DNA of 64,000 nucleotides from a virus: IMG/VR virus record IMGVR_UViG_2773857891_000002; one strand, 5' to 3'. Shown piece by piece: positions 34,126 to 44,494 of this stretch (position 1 is its first letter; each line of letters starts with the position of its first letter). The notes under the pieces were generated by a model. It saw only the letters and a program-made list of their open reading frames with translations, ran no database searches and was not told where the DNA came from. The position numbers and the translations under genes were made by a program.

Positions 34126-34325
34126 GTACGCCTCTGATGATGAGCGTCGCTGAATTCGCTCAGCTGCACCGGATCAGTGAAACGACGGTGCGGGATTGTA
34201 TCCGTGGCGAGTCGGCGACGTATCCGCCTTTGCAGTGTAAGCGGGTGGGGTCGTCGCGGAAGTCACGGATTTATATCACTGCTGAGCAGGCTGCTGAGTG
34301 GCGTGCAGCTTTGCCGGATGCGTGA
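34122..34325 (+). CDS. Excisionase / MerR-like HTH DNA-binding protein
   Basis: LMMSVAEFAQLHRISETTVRDCIR winged HTH. Confidence 0.7.
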   Translation: MSTPLMMSVAEFAQLHRISETTVRDCIRGESATYPPLQCKRVGSSRKSRIYITAEQAAEWRAALPDA

Positions 34326-34426
34326 GGGGGCCTGATGGTTGACCGTTATGAGTCCTGGTTGGCGAACGAGGTTGATCGCCGCTGGGAGAGAACACAATCC
34401 GAAAACGAAATCGAGAACGAGGAATC

Positions 34427-35445
34427 ATGAGAACCCAAATCGTTGGGGCCGCTACGGTGGCCCTTTTTCTTTGCCCAATTCCTGCGCTCGCGGGCGGCAG
34501 CGACAGTCCTACCCCGTACACGGTGGGGTGGAGGGGATTAGCTTCCCGAAGCCGTTGGAAGCGCACGGGCACGTGAACATTCGCACCGAGCAGGGACCCT
34601 TTGGTATCCACTTTGACCCGAATAACAACCACCCTGGCGGCGCGTGGATTGGCGAGACCTTTATGCCCTGGTCGGCCTTTAGTGATGCTCCCCTGTGCGT
34701 CGAGTGGGTGCAGGTCCACGGGTACAACGCTCACTTCGGTGAAGCAGGTCAGGCTCCTGTGGGTCCTGGTTGCGGGCCTTCCGTCGAGGATGCGCAGCCA
34801 GAACCCACCGAGGAACCTACGCCGGACCCAACAGAGGAACCGTCTGAGGAACCCACTCCCGAACCAACCCCAGAGCCGGAACCCACTCCCGAACCAACCC
34901 CGGACCCGGAGCTGGAAGAACCGACTGAGGACCCGACCCCTGACCCGGAGCCAACCGATGAACCAGAACCCCAACCAGACCCCGAACCCGAACCTACGCG
35001 CCCGGAGAAGCCAGCCCCGCAGTGGTATGGGGACAAGTCATACGACTGTGAATCCGGGCTGGTCACGGTCCACGACTACCGCGCTGACTGGGTGTGGGAC
35101 GACGGCGAATGGGTCCTCGGCGATTTCGAGTACGCCTCTGAATCGTTCGGTCCCATCGACCAACCCGTCTGCGACGACGACAGCGAGGACCCGGTTGATG
35201 AAGGGGTGGGAGAGGCCATCGTGGTCGACCGCCCTGACCCCGTGGACACTGACCCATCACCTGCACCAAGCGCGCCTGCACCAGACCAGCCAGAGGGTGA
35301 TGACCCTCAGCCTGCATCTACACCATCGGCTGAGACTGGCCGGGCTGTCCTAGCCGAAACCGGCATCGAAGACAAGCTAGTCGCCGCCGCGGCTTTGCTG
35401 TTCCTCGGGGGTCTCGCACTCCTCACATTCAGGGGACGCAAATGA
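34427..35445 (+). CDS. Secreted sortase-anchored surface protein (LAETG); apparent frameshift at G4 34525-34528
   Basis: Signal peptide MRTQIVGAATVALFLCPIPALA in a different frame; P/E/T/D-rich stalk; LAETG + TM + RGRK tail. Confidence 0.8.
34798..35000 (+). repeat. Coding tandem repeats (PEPT/PDPT stalk)
   Basis: GAACCCACTCCCGAACCAACCCC-type units inside the surface protein gene. Confidence 0.8.
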
Positions 35446-35576
35446 AACGCCACCTACCAGCCCTACTAACCATCCTGCTCATCATCGCGACCCTACTCAT
35501 CTGGGCAGGCCTCGCACACGTCCTACAAATCCCCCTCTGCGACCCCGCCTTACCACTGGAGGAATGCACACCATGA
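35442..35576 (+). CDS. 44-aa membrane protein (not in the ORF track)
   Basis: ATGA-coupled; single TM helix. Confidence 0.6.
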   Translation: MKRHLPALLTILLIIATLLIWAGLAHVLQIPLCDPALPLEECTP

Positions 35577-35674
35577 CCGACTTTGACCAAAACCTACGCG
35601 ACAAGGGCCTGACAGATGCCGAAATCTGGGCAGGCTACACACGCCTAATCGACGCACTCAAGGAGATGGCATGA
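35573..35674 (+). CDS. 33-aa hypothetical protein (not in the ORF track)
   Basis: GGAGG RBS; ATGA coupling on both sides. Confidence 0.55.
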   Translation: MTDFDQNLRDKGLTDAEIWAGYTRLIDALKEMA

Positions 35675-35952
35675 GCATCAAGAGAATCGCCGCGCACCTG
35701 GCCCCAATCGGCGAGGCGCACGACACCACGATCACAGGGCAAACCTTCCGCGTCACCGACATCGCATACGAAGCCCGCACCTACCACGACGGTGTACAAA
35801 CCGCGTGCTTCGCCATCGGCATCACCAACGCCGGTGAGTACAAAACAACCGAGATCGACCTCACGGACCCACCAAAATGGTGCCCACCAACCCCGGTGTG
35901 GTTCGCGGAAATCGCCTCCGACATGGAAAACCAGGTGAAACACAATGCCTAG
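35671..35952 (+). CDS. hypothetical phage protein
   Basis: ATGA-coupled ORF. Confidence 0.7.
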   Translation: MSIKRIAAHLAPIGEAHDTTITGQTFRVTDIAYEARTYHDGVQTACFAIGITNAGEYKTTEIDLTDPPKWCPPTPVWFAEIASDMENQVKHNA

Positions 35953-36793
35953 AAAACCGGGCGTCTACTACGACGTGCCTAACGGTGAGTATCACCGGGG
36001 CTTGATCGAGGTCGCTGATAAGAATGGCGTCAAGGTCAAGCCTTTGTCGTCTACCGGTGCGAAAGTGCTGGTGAAGGAATCCCCAGCCGATTACCTGTGG
36101 TCTTTGCAGAATCGGGTGGAGAAGAAAGCCTTCGACCTGGGATCAGCTGCGCATGAGCTGATCCTTGAGGGTGGCCTCATGACGGTCGAGGTTTACCAAT
36201 TCGACTCGTGGCGCACGAAGGAGGCCCGCGCTGCCCGTGACGAGTGCTACGCCGCTGGCGGTGTCCCGATGCTTAAGCATGAGCTTGACGTGGCGTACAA
36301 GATGGCGGACGCGGTCAAAGCACACAAGCTGGCGTCAGCGCTGCTCACTGAGGGTCGCCCCGAGGTGTCGGCGCTGGTATGGGACGAGGAATACCAAGTG
36401 TACTTCCAAGTCCGTTTCGACTGGCTACGCAGTGACGGTTTGATCGTGGACTTGAAAACCGCGAGGGACGCCAACCCCCGCGAATTCAACCGCAGCATCG
36501 CCGCACTCTCCTACCACCTGCAAGCATCCCTGTACCTAAGAGCCGCTGACCTGCTCGGCCTACAGCCGCCCGGGTATGGGTGGATCGTCGTCCAAAACGA
36601 AGCCCCTTACCACGTCGCGGTCATCGAATACTCCGAGATCGACCGCACCTACGGTGACCTACTCATGCACACCGCCCTACGCAAATACGCAGACGGCATC
36701 CATCAGGGGCACTGGCCAGCCTACGACGGCATCTACACGTCAGAGCTACCCAAATACGCAGAACACGAAGCAGAAGGACTTTCCAATGAATGA
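35945..36793 (+). CDS. RecE-like exonuclease (PD-(D/E)XK, DUF3799/exonuclease VIII type)
   Basis: LSSTGAK, FDLGSAAH, RFDWL..IVDLKT, YHLQASLY. Confidence 0.88.
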   Translation: MPRKPGVYYDVPNGEYHRGLIEVADKNGVKVKPLSSTGAKVLVKESPADYLWSLQNRVEKKAFDLGSAAHELILEGGLMTVEVYQFDSWRTKEARAARDECYAAGGVPMLKHELDVAYKMADAVKAHKLASALLTEGRPEVSALVWDEEYQVYFQVRFDWLRSDGLIVDLKTARDANPREFNRSIAALSYHLQASLYLRAADLLGLQPPGYGWIVVQNEAPYHVAVIEYSEIDRTYGDLLMHTALRKYADGIHQGHWPAYDGIYTSELPKYAEHEAEGLSNE

Positions 36794-37427
36794 AATCACC
36801 GTGCGTCATGACCCTGGCGCTGAGATCGCCGCAAGCAAAGAATGGGCCACAACAATGGCCACCTCATCTTTGCTCCCAGCGGCTTTCAAGGGCAACCCCG
36901 CGAACCTTTTCTACGCGGTGGAACTCGCAGACGCCCTCACGATCCCCCGGATCAACGCGGTCACCAACATCCACGTCATCTCAGGGAAACCAACCATGTC
37001 AGCTGACCTCATGGTCGCCCTGGCACGCAACGCCGGACACAAGGTACGTTTCCACACCGCACCGGACGGCAAAGCCGTGAAAGCAGAACTCATCCGCGCC
37101 GACGACCCCGACTTCGTTTTCGAGTCCGTATGGACGTGGGACCGCGCAGTCGCAGCGAAACTCACCGCCAAAGACACGTGGAAGAACTTCCCACAAGCGA
37201 TGCTCCGGGCGCGCGCAGCATCCGAGGTCATCCGGCAAGGCGCATCCGAAGTCCTCGTCGGCGTGATCTACACACCAGACGAACTCGGCGCGGAGGTCGA
37301 CAAAACCGGCGCACCAGTGCAGGACCGCACACGCTCCGCTTTCGCGATGGCGGCAGAACCCGCACCCGAACCCGCCGAGGAGCCTTTCGAACTCGGCGAG
37401 ATCGAATACACCGAGGAGGTGTCGTGA
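36786..37427 (+). CDS. RecT-like ssDNA annealing protein
   Basis: LLPAAFKGNPAN, IHVISGKPT, WKNFPQAML.ARA; follows RecE. Confidence 0.82.
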   Translation: MNEITVRHDPGAEIAASKEWATTMATSSLLPAAFKGNPANLFYAVELADALTIPRINAVTNIHVISGKPTMSADLMVALARNAGHKVRFHTAPDGKAVKAELIRADDPDFVFESVWTWDRAVAAKLTAKDTWKNFPQAMLRARAASEVIRQGASEVLVGVIYTPDELGAEVDKTGAPVQDRTRSAFAMAAEPAPEPAEEPFELGEIEYTEEVS

Positions 37428-37636
37428 GGCTCATTTACACGTGGCCGATCATCGATGATTCGCTGTCTCGGCGGGATCTTCGACGTGAAGGCCTTGATGA
37501 GTATAAGCACTTCGCGCATGCGGCTGGTTTCCGGGTCATCGGGAGGCCAGCCGTTCTTTTTTCCCAGACAGCTGAGGGTCCAAGGCTGCGAATATCGGCG
37601 GAGGTGGCGCGTGGACGCGACAGAAAAGTGGCTTGA
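37424..37636 (+). CDS. hypothetical phage protein
   Basis: GAGGAGG RBS; GTGA overlap. Confidence 0.6.
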   Translation: MRLIYTWPIIDDSLSRRDLRREGLDEYKHFAHAAGFRVIGRPAVLFSQTAEGPRLRISAEVARGRDRKVA

Positions 37637-37741
37637 ACGAAACCAGGACCGCGTATGGCTCCTCACCGTACTCGCAAGAGGCATCGAGAAGCGATTCGGT
37701 GACACACCCGCACTACAAGCAAAAAGAAGGGCAGAAATCGC

Positions 37742-37993
37742 ATGACCGTCATCCTCTACACCCAACCGGGGTGTGGGCCTTGTGTCGCCCAAGCACGGGC
37801 ACTGACTAAGCACGGCATCACTTTTGAGACCGTGAATATCCGCGAAACCCCTGAAGCAGCCGAGCGTATCGCTGCCCTGGGCGCGACCTCCACACCCGTC
37901 ATCGAAGTCACCACACCCCTCGGCTCCTGGTACTGGGCTGGCTTCAGCCTTGACAAGACCAAACACCTACAACAACTACAGAACGGACAATGA
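37742..37993 (+). CDS. nrdH: NrdH-like glutaredoxin
   Basis: YTQPGCGPC..; TPVIEV; WAGF. Confidence 0.9.
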   Translation: MTVILYTQPGCGPCVAQARALTKHGITFETVNIRETPEAAERIAALGATSTPVIEVTTPLGSWYWAGFSLDKTKHLQQLQNGQ

Positions 37994-37994
37994 A

Positions 37995-38408
37995 ATGGCA
38001 CAGATCAGCTTTCAAGGCCGCATCATCGGGCAACCCGAACTCAAATTTTCGCAGGCAGGCAAACCCCTACTGCGCTTCCGCACGGTGGAAAACTCACACC
38101 GCCAAATCGACGGCGAATGGAAAGACGTAGGTGCCGCGTGGCGTGACGTAACCGTCTTCGGGAAGCAGGCTGAGCACCTTGCCGAGCACCTCGCAGATAA
38201 GCAAATCGTCGCTATCTCAGGCCGCTTGGATGCCCGTGAGTGGGAGAAGCAGGACGGGACGAAGCAAACCTCTTTCGAGGTCCTAGCCGACGTCGTGGGC
38301 ATCGTCCCCGCCCGACAACAAGCCCCAACCCAGCCGCCCACTCCCTCCCCCGCACCTGACCCGTGGGGCGCACAAAACGGCGGCTTCCCAGAGAAAGCAC
38401 CCTTCTGA
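37995..38408 (+). CDS. ssb: Single-stranded DNA-binding protein
   Basis: OB-fold motifs PELKF..G, WRDVTVFGKQAE, ISGRL..REWE; C-terminal DPW...PF. Confidence 0.92.
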   Translation: MAQISFQGRIIGQPELKFSQAGKPLLRFRTVENSHRQIDGEWKDVGAAWRDVTVFGKQAEHLAEHLADKQIVAISGRLDAREWEKQDGTKQTSFEVLADVVGIVPARQQAPTQPPTPSPAPDPWGAQNGGFPEKAPF

Positions 38409-38533
38409 TGAAAGCCATACCTCTCACCTGCGGGGTGTGCGGCCTCGATATCCAATACTCACCCATGCCACGCACACAGCAAAAGCTGGTGTACCGGCAC
38501 CAACAAAAGTGCAAAGGACGGAAAAATGCCTGA
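38408..38533 (+). CDS. 41-aa zinc-finger-like protein (not in the ORF track)
   Basis: TGATG overlap; CGVC...H...C. Confidence 0.5.
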   Translation: MKAIPLTCGVCGLDIQYSPMPRTQQKLVYRHQQKCKGRKNA

Positions 38534-38879
38534 CCTCGAAAGCCCACTAAGCGGCCACTTCTACTGCTCACCAGAAGTAAAGGAAGGTACGCGAGGATGG
38601 CGAGAAGTCGTCGCACTCGGGGACGCGATCTACGAATGGGGTCTTATCAGCGTCTACTGGAGTCCCCAAAACCGCCGCTATTTCTGGCACGCAGACACCG
38701 GGTGCTCTTGCAACGGGTGGGGTGAGAACCTCACGAGCATGGCGGACTTCAACGACGGAGACAGAAACGCTGTCAGGTCCGCCCTTCGCGGCTTCGCGCA
38801 AGAGCACCCATACTACGCATCCGAAAGCCAACTGGCCGAAGCACTCAACACACTCGCCAACTTCAAGGAGGACCAGTGA
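38526..38879 (+). CDS. hypothetical phage protein
   Basis: Coupled ORF; DTGCSC motif. Confidence 0.7.
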   Translation: MPDLESPLSGHFYCSPEVKEGTRGWREVVALGDAIYEWGLISVYWSPQNRRYFWHADTGCSCNGWGENLTSMADFNDGDRNAVRSALRGFAQEHPYYASESQLAEALNTLANFKEDQ

Positions 38880-39340
38880 GCGACTTCAAACCAGGCGACC
38901 GAGTGCGGGTGAAGGCAAACCACACCGTACATGGAGGCAGAGAGGCATGGATCAGAGAGAGCTCAGATAGCTGCTGTGGCTATGAGGTCCTTTTGGAAGG
39001 CGCGAAGGAAACCGTTTGGATTCCTCCTTCATATCTCATATCGCTAGCTACAACCACACCCCCTGTCCGTGAGGTCACTTTGACGACAGCGGCTTCCCTG
39101 ATTTCTGGGGACCGCGCCAAAGACTACGGTGATGCGGCTGAGTCTTTCACGAGACTAGCCGCACTCTGGACCCCCATCCTCGGCGTGGATGTGACCCCGG
39201 AGCAGGTTGCCCTGTGCCTTACCCAGCTGAAAATCTCCCGCCTTGTCGGCACCCCCGGTCACACAGACTCGTGGGTGGACGCGGCCGGATACATCGCACT
39301 CGGCAGCGAAATCGCAGCACGGGGGCGTGATGAAGGTTGA
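38876..39340 (+). CDS. DUF6378-like protein with N-terminal KOW/SH3-like segment
   Basis: AASLISGDRAKDYG..F..LAALW..LKISR..DSWVDAAGY. Confidence 0.75.
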   Translation: MSDFKPGDRVRVKANHTVHGGREAWIRESSDSCCGYEVLLEGAKETVWIPPSYLISLATTTPPVREVTLTTAASLISGDRAKDYGDAAESFTRLAALWTPILGVDVTPEQVALCLTQLKISRLVGTPGHTDSWVDAAGYIALGSEIAARGRDEG

Positions 39341-39725
39341 TTTCCTGATCCCACAAGCGATGATCCTCACATCGAATCAAAGACTGAATCCGCATGTGAA
39401 GGCAAAGAAAACGAAGGCCCTGAGACAACTCGCTGAGAGTGAATCTCGGGGCCTTCGTGGTCCCACCCCATGCCGCGTCATCGCCTGGCTTGGGTTCCAG
39501 GACAGACGCCGACGGGACGCCCCAAATTGGTGGCCAACGATCAAAGCGCTCATTGACGGGATGGTCGACGCCGGGGTGTGGGAAGACGACAACTCAACGA
39601 TCATTCAAGGCCCTGACCACAGAATCCTTGACTACCGGTGCCAGAAAGGACACGTCTACGTGTCCATTGAAATAGGGCCACCTGAACCTGCGCGTTCAAG
39701 TTTTCTTGAACACGCAAAAAGTTGA
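39330..39725 (+). CDS. RusA-like resolvase (copy 2)
   Basis: Identical to 167-562. Confidence 0.8.
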   Translation: MKVDFLIPQAMILTSNQRLNPHVKAKKTKALRQLAESESRGLRGPTPCRVIAWLGFQDRRRRDAPNWWPTIKALIDGMVDAGVWEDDNSTIIQGPDHRILDYRCQKGHVYVSIEIGPPEPARSSFLEHAKS

Positions 39726-40025
39726 ACACCCCTTTTCTGGGTTGATCTTGCACCCCCACTTTTTGGGGGTGCTTGGCGTATCCAGAAAACCCGATCCCCG
39801 GAGCGCATCCGGAAAAACCGATACCAGATAAGGAGAACCCCCAATGACCCGCAACCGTGAATCCTGGGCACACCACGCAACGCAACCCGCAGCAGTAGAC
39901 ACGATGCTCACCGACATCCCCCGCACCCGAAACACGCCCGAAGAACTACGCCTCGCCGCAGCGTGCGTGCACCGGCACGCACCCGCCACCGCCCGCCTAC
40001 AAATCCTCAAAACCCTAGGACTCTC

Positions 40026-40391
40026 ATGACCGCCTACGACTGGCAGACAGACGCGATCTGCGCACAAACAGACCCCGAACTCTTCTTCTCACCAGACCCG
40101 AAAGAACTCCAGGCGGCAATGAATCTCTGCGGCACATGCCCCGTCATCAAACAATGCGCCGACCTCCGCAAACAAGAAAACCACCGCTACGGCATATGGG
40201 CCGGCCAATACTACTCAGACTCCAGCACACCACGGACACCCAAAAAACGGGGTCTAACACCATCCTTCGACCACGAATACGCCCGCGACCTCGCAGCACA
40301 AGGCATCCCCCGTAAGCAAATCGCCCAGCAACTCGGCTGCACAAAAGCGGCCCTCGACTACGCCCTGAACCCAAAAAGGAAAACGAAATGA
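40026..40391 (+). CDS. whiB: WhiB-family regulator (copy 2)
   Basis: Identical to 863-1228. Confidence 0.9.
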   Translation: MTAYDWQTDAICAQTDPELFFSPDPKELQAAMNLCGTCPVIKQCADLRKQENHRYGIWAGQYYSDSSTPRTPKKRGLTPSFDHEYARDLAAQGIPRKQIAQQLGCTKAALDYALNPKRKTK

Positions 40392-40628
40392 CCACCTTCC
40401 AACAAAAACACGGACGACCAAAACCACCCAAAATCTGGGGCGGCTTGGGACGCCTTCAGTACGAGATCGCCCGCCCCCACGTCCTCACGATATTCAAAGC
40501 CCGCAAATCTTCACTGTGGGCGGTCAGCTCCAAAGGCTACGAAATCCACGCCTTCGACACGCGCGCTGAAGCAATCACCTGGGCACAAAAACACGCCCAC
40601 AACCGCAATGAATCAGGAGGTGAGGTAA

Positions 40629-41585
40629 GTGGCGCGTGAATACGCGAAAGTGAAAGCCGGGATCTGGCAAGACGACGACTTCCGGGCACTGCCACCCCAC
40701 GCACAACACCTGTACTTCGTGATCCTCACAGACCCGAAACTCTCCTACTGCGGCGTCACCGACTGGCGACCCAAAAGATTGCTCCCCCGGTCTGCCGGGT
40801 GGGAAATGCAAGCCTTAGAAGAAGCCGCTGCAATCCTCATGGATCGACGGTTGCTAATCATTGACGAGGACACTGAAGAAGTACTTGTGAAATCGTTTCT
40901 CCGCCACGACGGGGTAATGGCCCACAATAAACTGTGCGTGTCCGCGATGCTGGCTTATGGAGAAGTCGCTTCAAATACTATTCGGGGCATTATTGTCCAC
41001 GAATTAAATCGCCTTGCAGAAGAGTTTCCAGCGTGGCCGACGTGGGAGCGAGAGCAGGTGAAGGAGGTGCTGAAGCGGCAACCTTTGGACCCGTGGAGCG
41101 AACAGTTAGGGAACCCATTTGGGTGTGCGTTAGACCCTAACTTAGCCACCCCATTAGCCCCTAGGTTAGCCCCTAACGCCTCGAGCGGTTTGGGAGTGCC
41201 CTACAACAACAACAGCAACAGCAACATAACAACAACAACATATGGGCACGACACAGCCGCACCCAAGCGCGCACGGAAGGCACCGGCTACGCCCATCCCT
41301 GCCGGGTGGGCACCCACCGAAGCCCACGGCGTCAAGGCTCAAGAGCTAGGGGTGGATCTTCATACAGAGAAAGAGAAATTCATTGCACACGCACAAGCGA
41401 ACGACAGGAGGCAAGTGAAATGGGATGCCGCTTTTAATCAATGGCTTATTAAGTCGGCTGAATACAAACAGACCCGCACGCCAAACGGTGGCGGGTTTTC
41501 TTATGCCCGGAATCCTTCACAAGACGCGATTGATCTTGCGAGGGAACTTTACGAGCGCGAAACAAGATTGGAGATTGAATCATGA
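40629..41585 (+). CDS. Replication initiator (copy 2)
   Basis: Identical to 1466-2422. Confidence 0.75.
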   Translation: MAREYAKVKAGIWQDDDFRALPPHAQHLYFVILTDPKLSYCGVTDWRPKRLLPRSAGWEMQALEEAAAILMDRRLLIIDEDTEEVLVKSFLRHDGVMAHNKLCVSAMLAYGEVASNTIRGIIVHELNRLAEEFPAWPTWEREQVKEVLKRQPLDPWSEQLGNPFGCALDPNLATPLAPRLAPNASSGLGVPYNNNSNSNITTTTYGHDTAAPKRARKAPATPIPAGWAPTEAHGVKAQELGVDLHTEKEKFIAHAQANDRRQVKWDAAFNQWLIKSAEYKQTRTPNGGGFSYARNPSQDAIDLARELYERETRLEIES

Positions 41586-41941
41586 GTGGGAAATTACCTG
41601 AGAGTGTCGTGGCAATGCTTTTCGCACGGATCGCGGCTTTGGATTCCAGGAAGACGACGATTGAGGCGGTGCAGGCGTTTGCGGCTGCACTGGTGCCGAT
41701 GACGGCGGAGGACGCGGTGAAAGCGATTGACTTTCATCGGGAGACTTCCAGCGAGTGGCTGATGCCCGTGCACATCAATCGCATCGTGAAGGCGTGGCGT
41801 GAGGAGCGTGTACGGCAGGCAGGGCAACTGATCCCACCGCCAGAGCTTGCGGACGACCCGGTCGCTGAAATCAAGTGGCGGCGTCAGATGGTGGAGGCCA
41901 TCGCGGACGGGACACGCACACTGAGGGAGGTGACGGCATGA
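41582..41941 (+). CDS. Putative helicase loader (copy 2)
   Basis: Identical to 2419-2778. Confidence 0.55.
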   Translation: MSGKLPESVVAMLFARIAALDSRKTTIEAVQAFAAALVPMTAEDAVKAIDFHRETSSEWLMPVHINRIVKAWREERVRQAGQLIPPPELADDPVAEIKWRRQMVEAIADGTRTLREVTA

Positions 41942-43221
41942 CCCTGGCAAACCCCGAAGCAGAAGCAGGCATCATCTGCGGTGTGCTGCACGGGCGGCCA
42001 GAAGAGCAAGACCGCATCCTGAAAGCCCTTACCCCCCGTGACTTTCACACCCCAGCACACGAAGACATCTGGGCAACCCTCAAAGCCATGCAGGCTGAGG
42101 GGCGTGTCATCGACGGAATCACTGTCATGTCCGGGCTGGCAAAACACGGCCACCAAAACCACCAGGCTTTGATCCCGGACATTATGACGATGGGCACCCC
42201 AGCAGTGAGCGCTTTGGCGTATGCGAAGGACGTGAAAGACCTCGCAGTGCGCCGGAACCTGCAAGCCATGGGCACTAGGGTGCAGCAACTCGCGGAAGCA
42301 CCCGACGCGACCCCCGCCGAGCTCGCCGCAATCGCACAGCAAGAACTCGACGCCGCTTACACAGCGGAGGAGGAAACCAAAACACACGCACAGGATCACG
42401 TAACAGCGGTTCTCAGCGACTTAGAGGACCCAACCCCACCCCAGGGCATCCAATGGCCATATCGTGACGCACAACGGATTCTCGCGCCGATGCAAGGCGG
42501 GCAGTACATCGTGATCGGTGCTAGACCAGCCGTCGGTAAATCCGTCGCTTTGGCGGACATCGCACGGGACGCCGCAATCCGACAAAGGAAAACCGTCGTC
42601 ATCTTCTCCCTAGAAATGTCCTCACAGGAATACACCCGACGCATGATCGCAGCCGAAGCCGGTGTGCGCTTCAAAAACATGCAATCCAAAACCCTCACCC
42701 CAGCGGACTGGGACAAAATCACCCCAGCCGCAGAAAGGATCGCCCAAGCGCCACTCCACATTATCGATGACGTGTCCTGCACAACCGCCGACATACGCTC
42801 CCGTGTCCGCGAGCTGAAAGCTGACCTGATCGTGCTCGATTACATCCAAATCGGGACTATGGACCCCGCTGACAAAGACCGCAGACAAGCCCTCGAAAAG
42901 TATTCGCGGTCCCTGAAAATCATCGCCAAATCATTCAACATCCCACTGTGTACGGCTGCGCAACTCAACCGAAACGCCGCCAGTCCTGACACGCCCCCGC
43001 GCATGTCAGACCTCCGCGAAACAGGGGCCCTAGAGCAAGACGCCGATGTGATCATCCTCCTCCACCGCCCAGACCAAGAACAACCAGAATCACCCCGCGC
43101 AGGCGAAGTCGACTACATCGTCGCGAAACACAGAAACGGACCCACCGGCACCATCACCCTCGCCGCCCAGCTCCACTACACACGATTCACCAACCTCGCA
43201 CACCAAGGAGAACCGAAATGA
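41938..43221 (+). CDS. dnaB: DnaB-like helicase (copy 2)
   Basis: Identical to 2775-4058. Confidence 0.96.
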   Translation: MTLANPEAEAGIICGVLHGRPEEQDRILKALTPRDFHTPAHEDIWATLKAMQAEGRVIDGITVMSGLAKHGHQNHQALIPDIMTMGTPAVSALAYAKDVKDLAVRRNLQAMGTRVQQLAEAPDATPAELAAIAQQELDAAYTAEEETKTHAQDHVTAVLSDLEDPTPPQGIQWPYRDAQRILAPMQGGQYIVIGARPAVGKSVALADIARDAAIRQRKTVVIFSLEMSSQEYTRRMIAAEAGVRFKNMQSKTLTPADWDKITPAAERIAQAPLHIIDDVSCTTADIRSRVRELKADLIVLDYIQIGTMDPADKDRRQALEKYSRSLKIIAKSFNIPLCTAAQLNRNAASPDTPPRMSDLRETGALEQDADVIILLHRPDQEQPESPRAGEVDYIVAKHRNGPTGTITLAAQLHYTRFTNLAHQGEPK

Positions 43222-44113
43222 CCCGCGCTCACGTTAAGCGCCCTGTGTGGGCGTGGCACTGCGACAGATGCGGCGTAGCAAGCGGCGACTTCGCCTACAA
43301 CCAGCAGTACCTTCCAACCCCCGACGAGATGCGGGCACGCGGTTGGTACATCGCAGAAAAATGGGGCGACCTATGCGCCCACTGCTCACAAACCCCACCC
43401 ATCGAAGAGCCCCCATCATGAACAGCTTCGTCCGCATGTGTGGTATCTGCACATGGGAAACCCCACCCCAACACGCATACGACACAGCCCACTCAGCCCT
43501 CTGGGGCCACTACCACACGGCACACCCCTACACACGCACTCACGCAGGAAAACTGAGGAGAAAACCATGACCGACCACGCACAAGAAGCCCTCCAGAGGG
43601 TACTCAACCTGCACAGGCGTTCTAGTGCAGTATTTTCGTGGCGAGACGGACCCCGCTACGAGGACCCTTGCCCTGAATGTGACGGGAGGCCAGGTGTTCA
43701 TGAGTGCGGATGTTGGGCACCCCGACAAATTGAGTACGTGTGTGCCGAATGTCACCGACTAGGCAGTGGGTCGCGGGGAATCTATGACTACACATGGCCC
43801 TGCCCAACCATCCAAGCCCTCGAAGGAGAACCCACATGACCGACTACACGCCAACCACCGAGGAAGTACGCCAAGACTTCGCTTACCCATGGGAAGGCTT
43901 CAAGCAGGACAAGCAAGGACGACTCGAAGCCTTCGACCGGTGGATCAACCGGCGCGACCGGAAAGTCAAAGCGAAAGCGCTACGTGACGCCGCCGACGCC
44001 ATTGAAAGATTGGCACGGGAAACAACCCACGTCCGCGTGACCGAGCACGTACTAGTAGACGTCGGCGCACCTGGTGTGCTCCGGGAATATGCCCGACTTT
44101 TCACGGAGGAATC

Positions 44114-44494
44114 ATGACCATCCCACAACGCGTCCAGCGCCGCCGCACAAAGGGGTGGCGTATGCCAGACAACACCATCTACGTGGGACGCGGCTCAAAG
44201 TGGGGAAACCCATACACCCTCGAAATCATGCAGAAAAAGATAGATGAATTGGCCGGATTATTTGAAACGGAGTCATCTATCAGCGCCCGAGAAATGGCTG
44301 TTGAAGCGTTCCGATGCGACATGAAGTACGGGCCAGAGTCGGCTTGGTGGTGGTACGGCCCACACATGAAAATCTTGACTGCGCTCAAGCACTTGCACGA
44401 TCTACGCGGCAAGAACCTCGCTTGCTGGTGTCCACTCGACCAGCCCTGCCATGCAGACGTTTTACTCGAACTCGCCAACACGGAGGGATCATGA
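44114..44494 (+). CDS. DUF4326 protein (copy 2)
   Basis: Identical to 4951-5331. Confidence 0.88.
   Translation: MTIPQRVQRRRTKGWRMPDNTIYVGRGSKWGNPYTLEIMQKKIDELAGLFETESSISAREMAVEAFRCDMKYGPESAWWWYGPHMKILTALKHLHDLRGKNLACWCPLDQPCHADVLLELANTEGS

Noticed and set aside
34335-34430. MVDRYESWL in the 31-aa ORF resembles MVDRYDKFL inside the Aca2-like protein
   Set aside because: Only five identical residues and no extended similarity; probably chance.
34798-35000. CRISPR-like or satellite repeat array
   Set aside because: Degenerate in-frame repeats encoding a PEPT stalk; no constant repeat with unique spacers and no cas genes.
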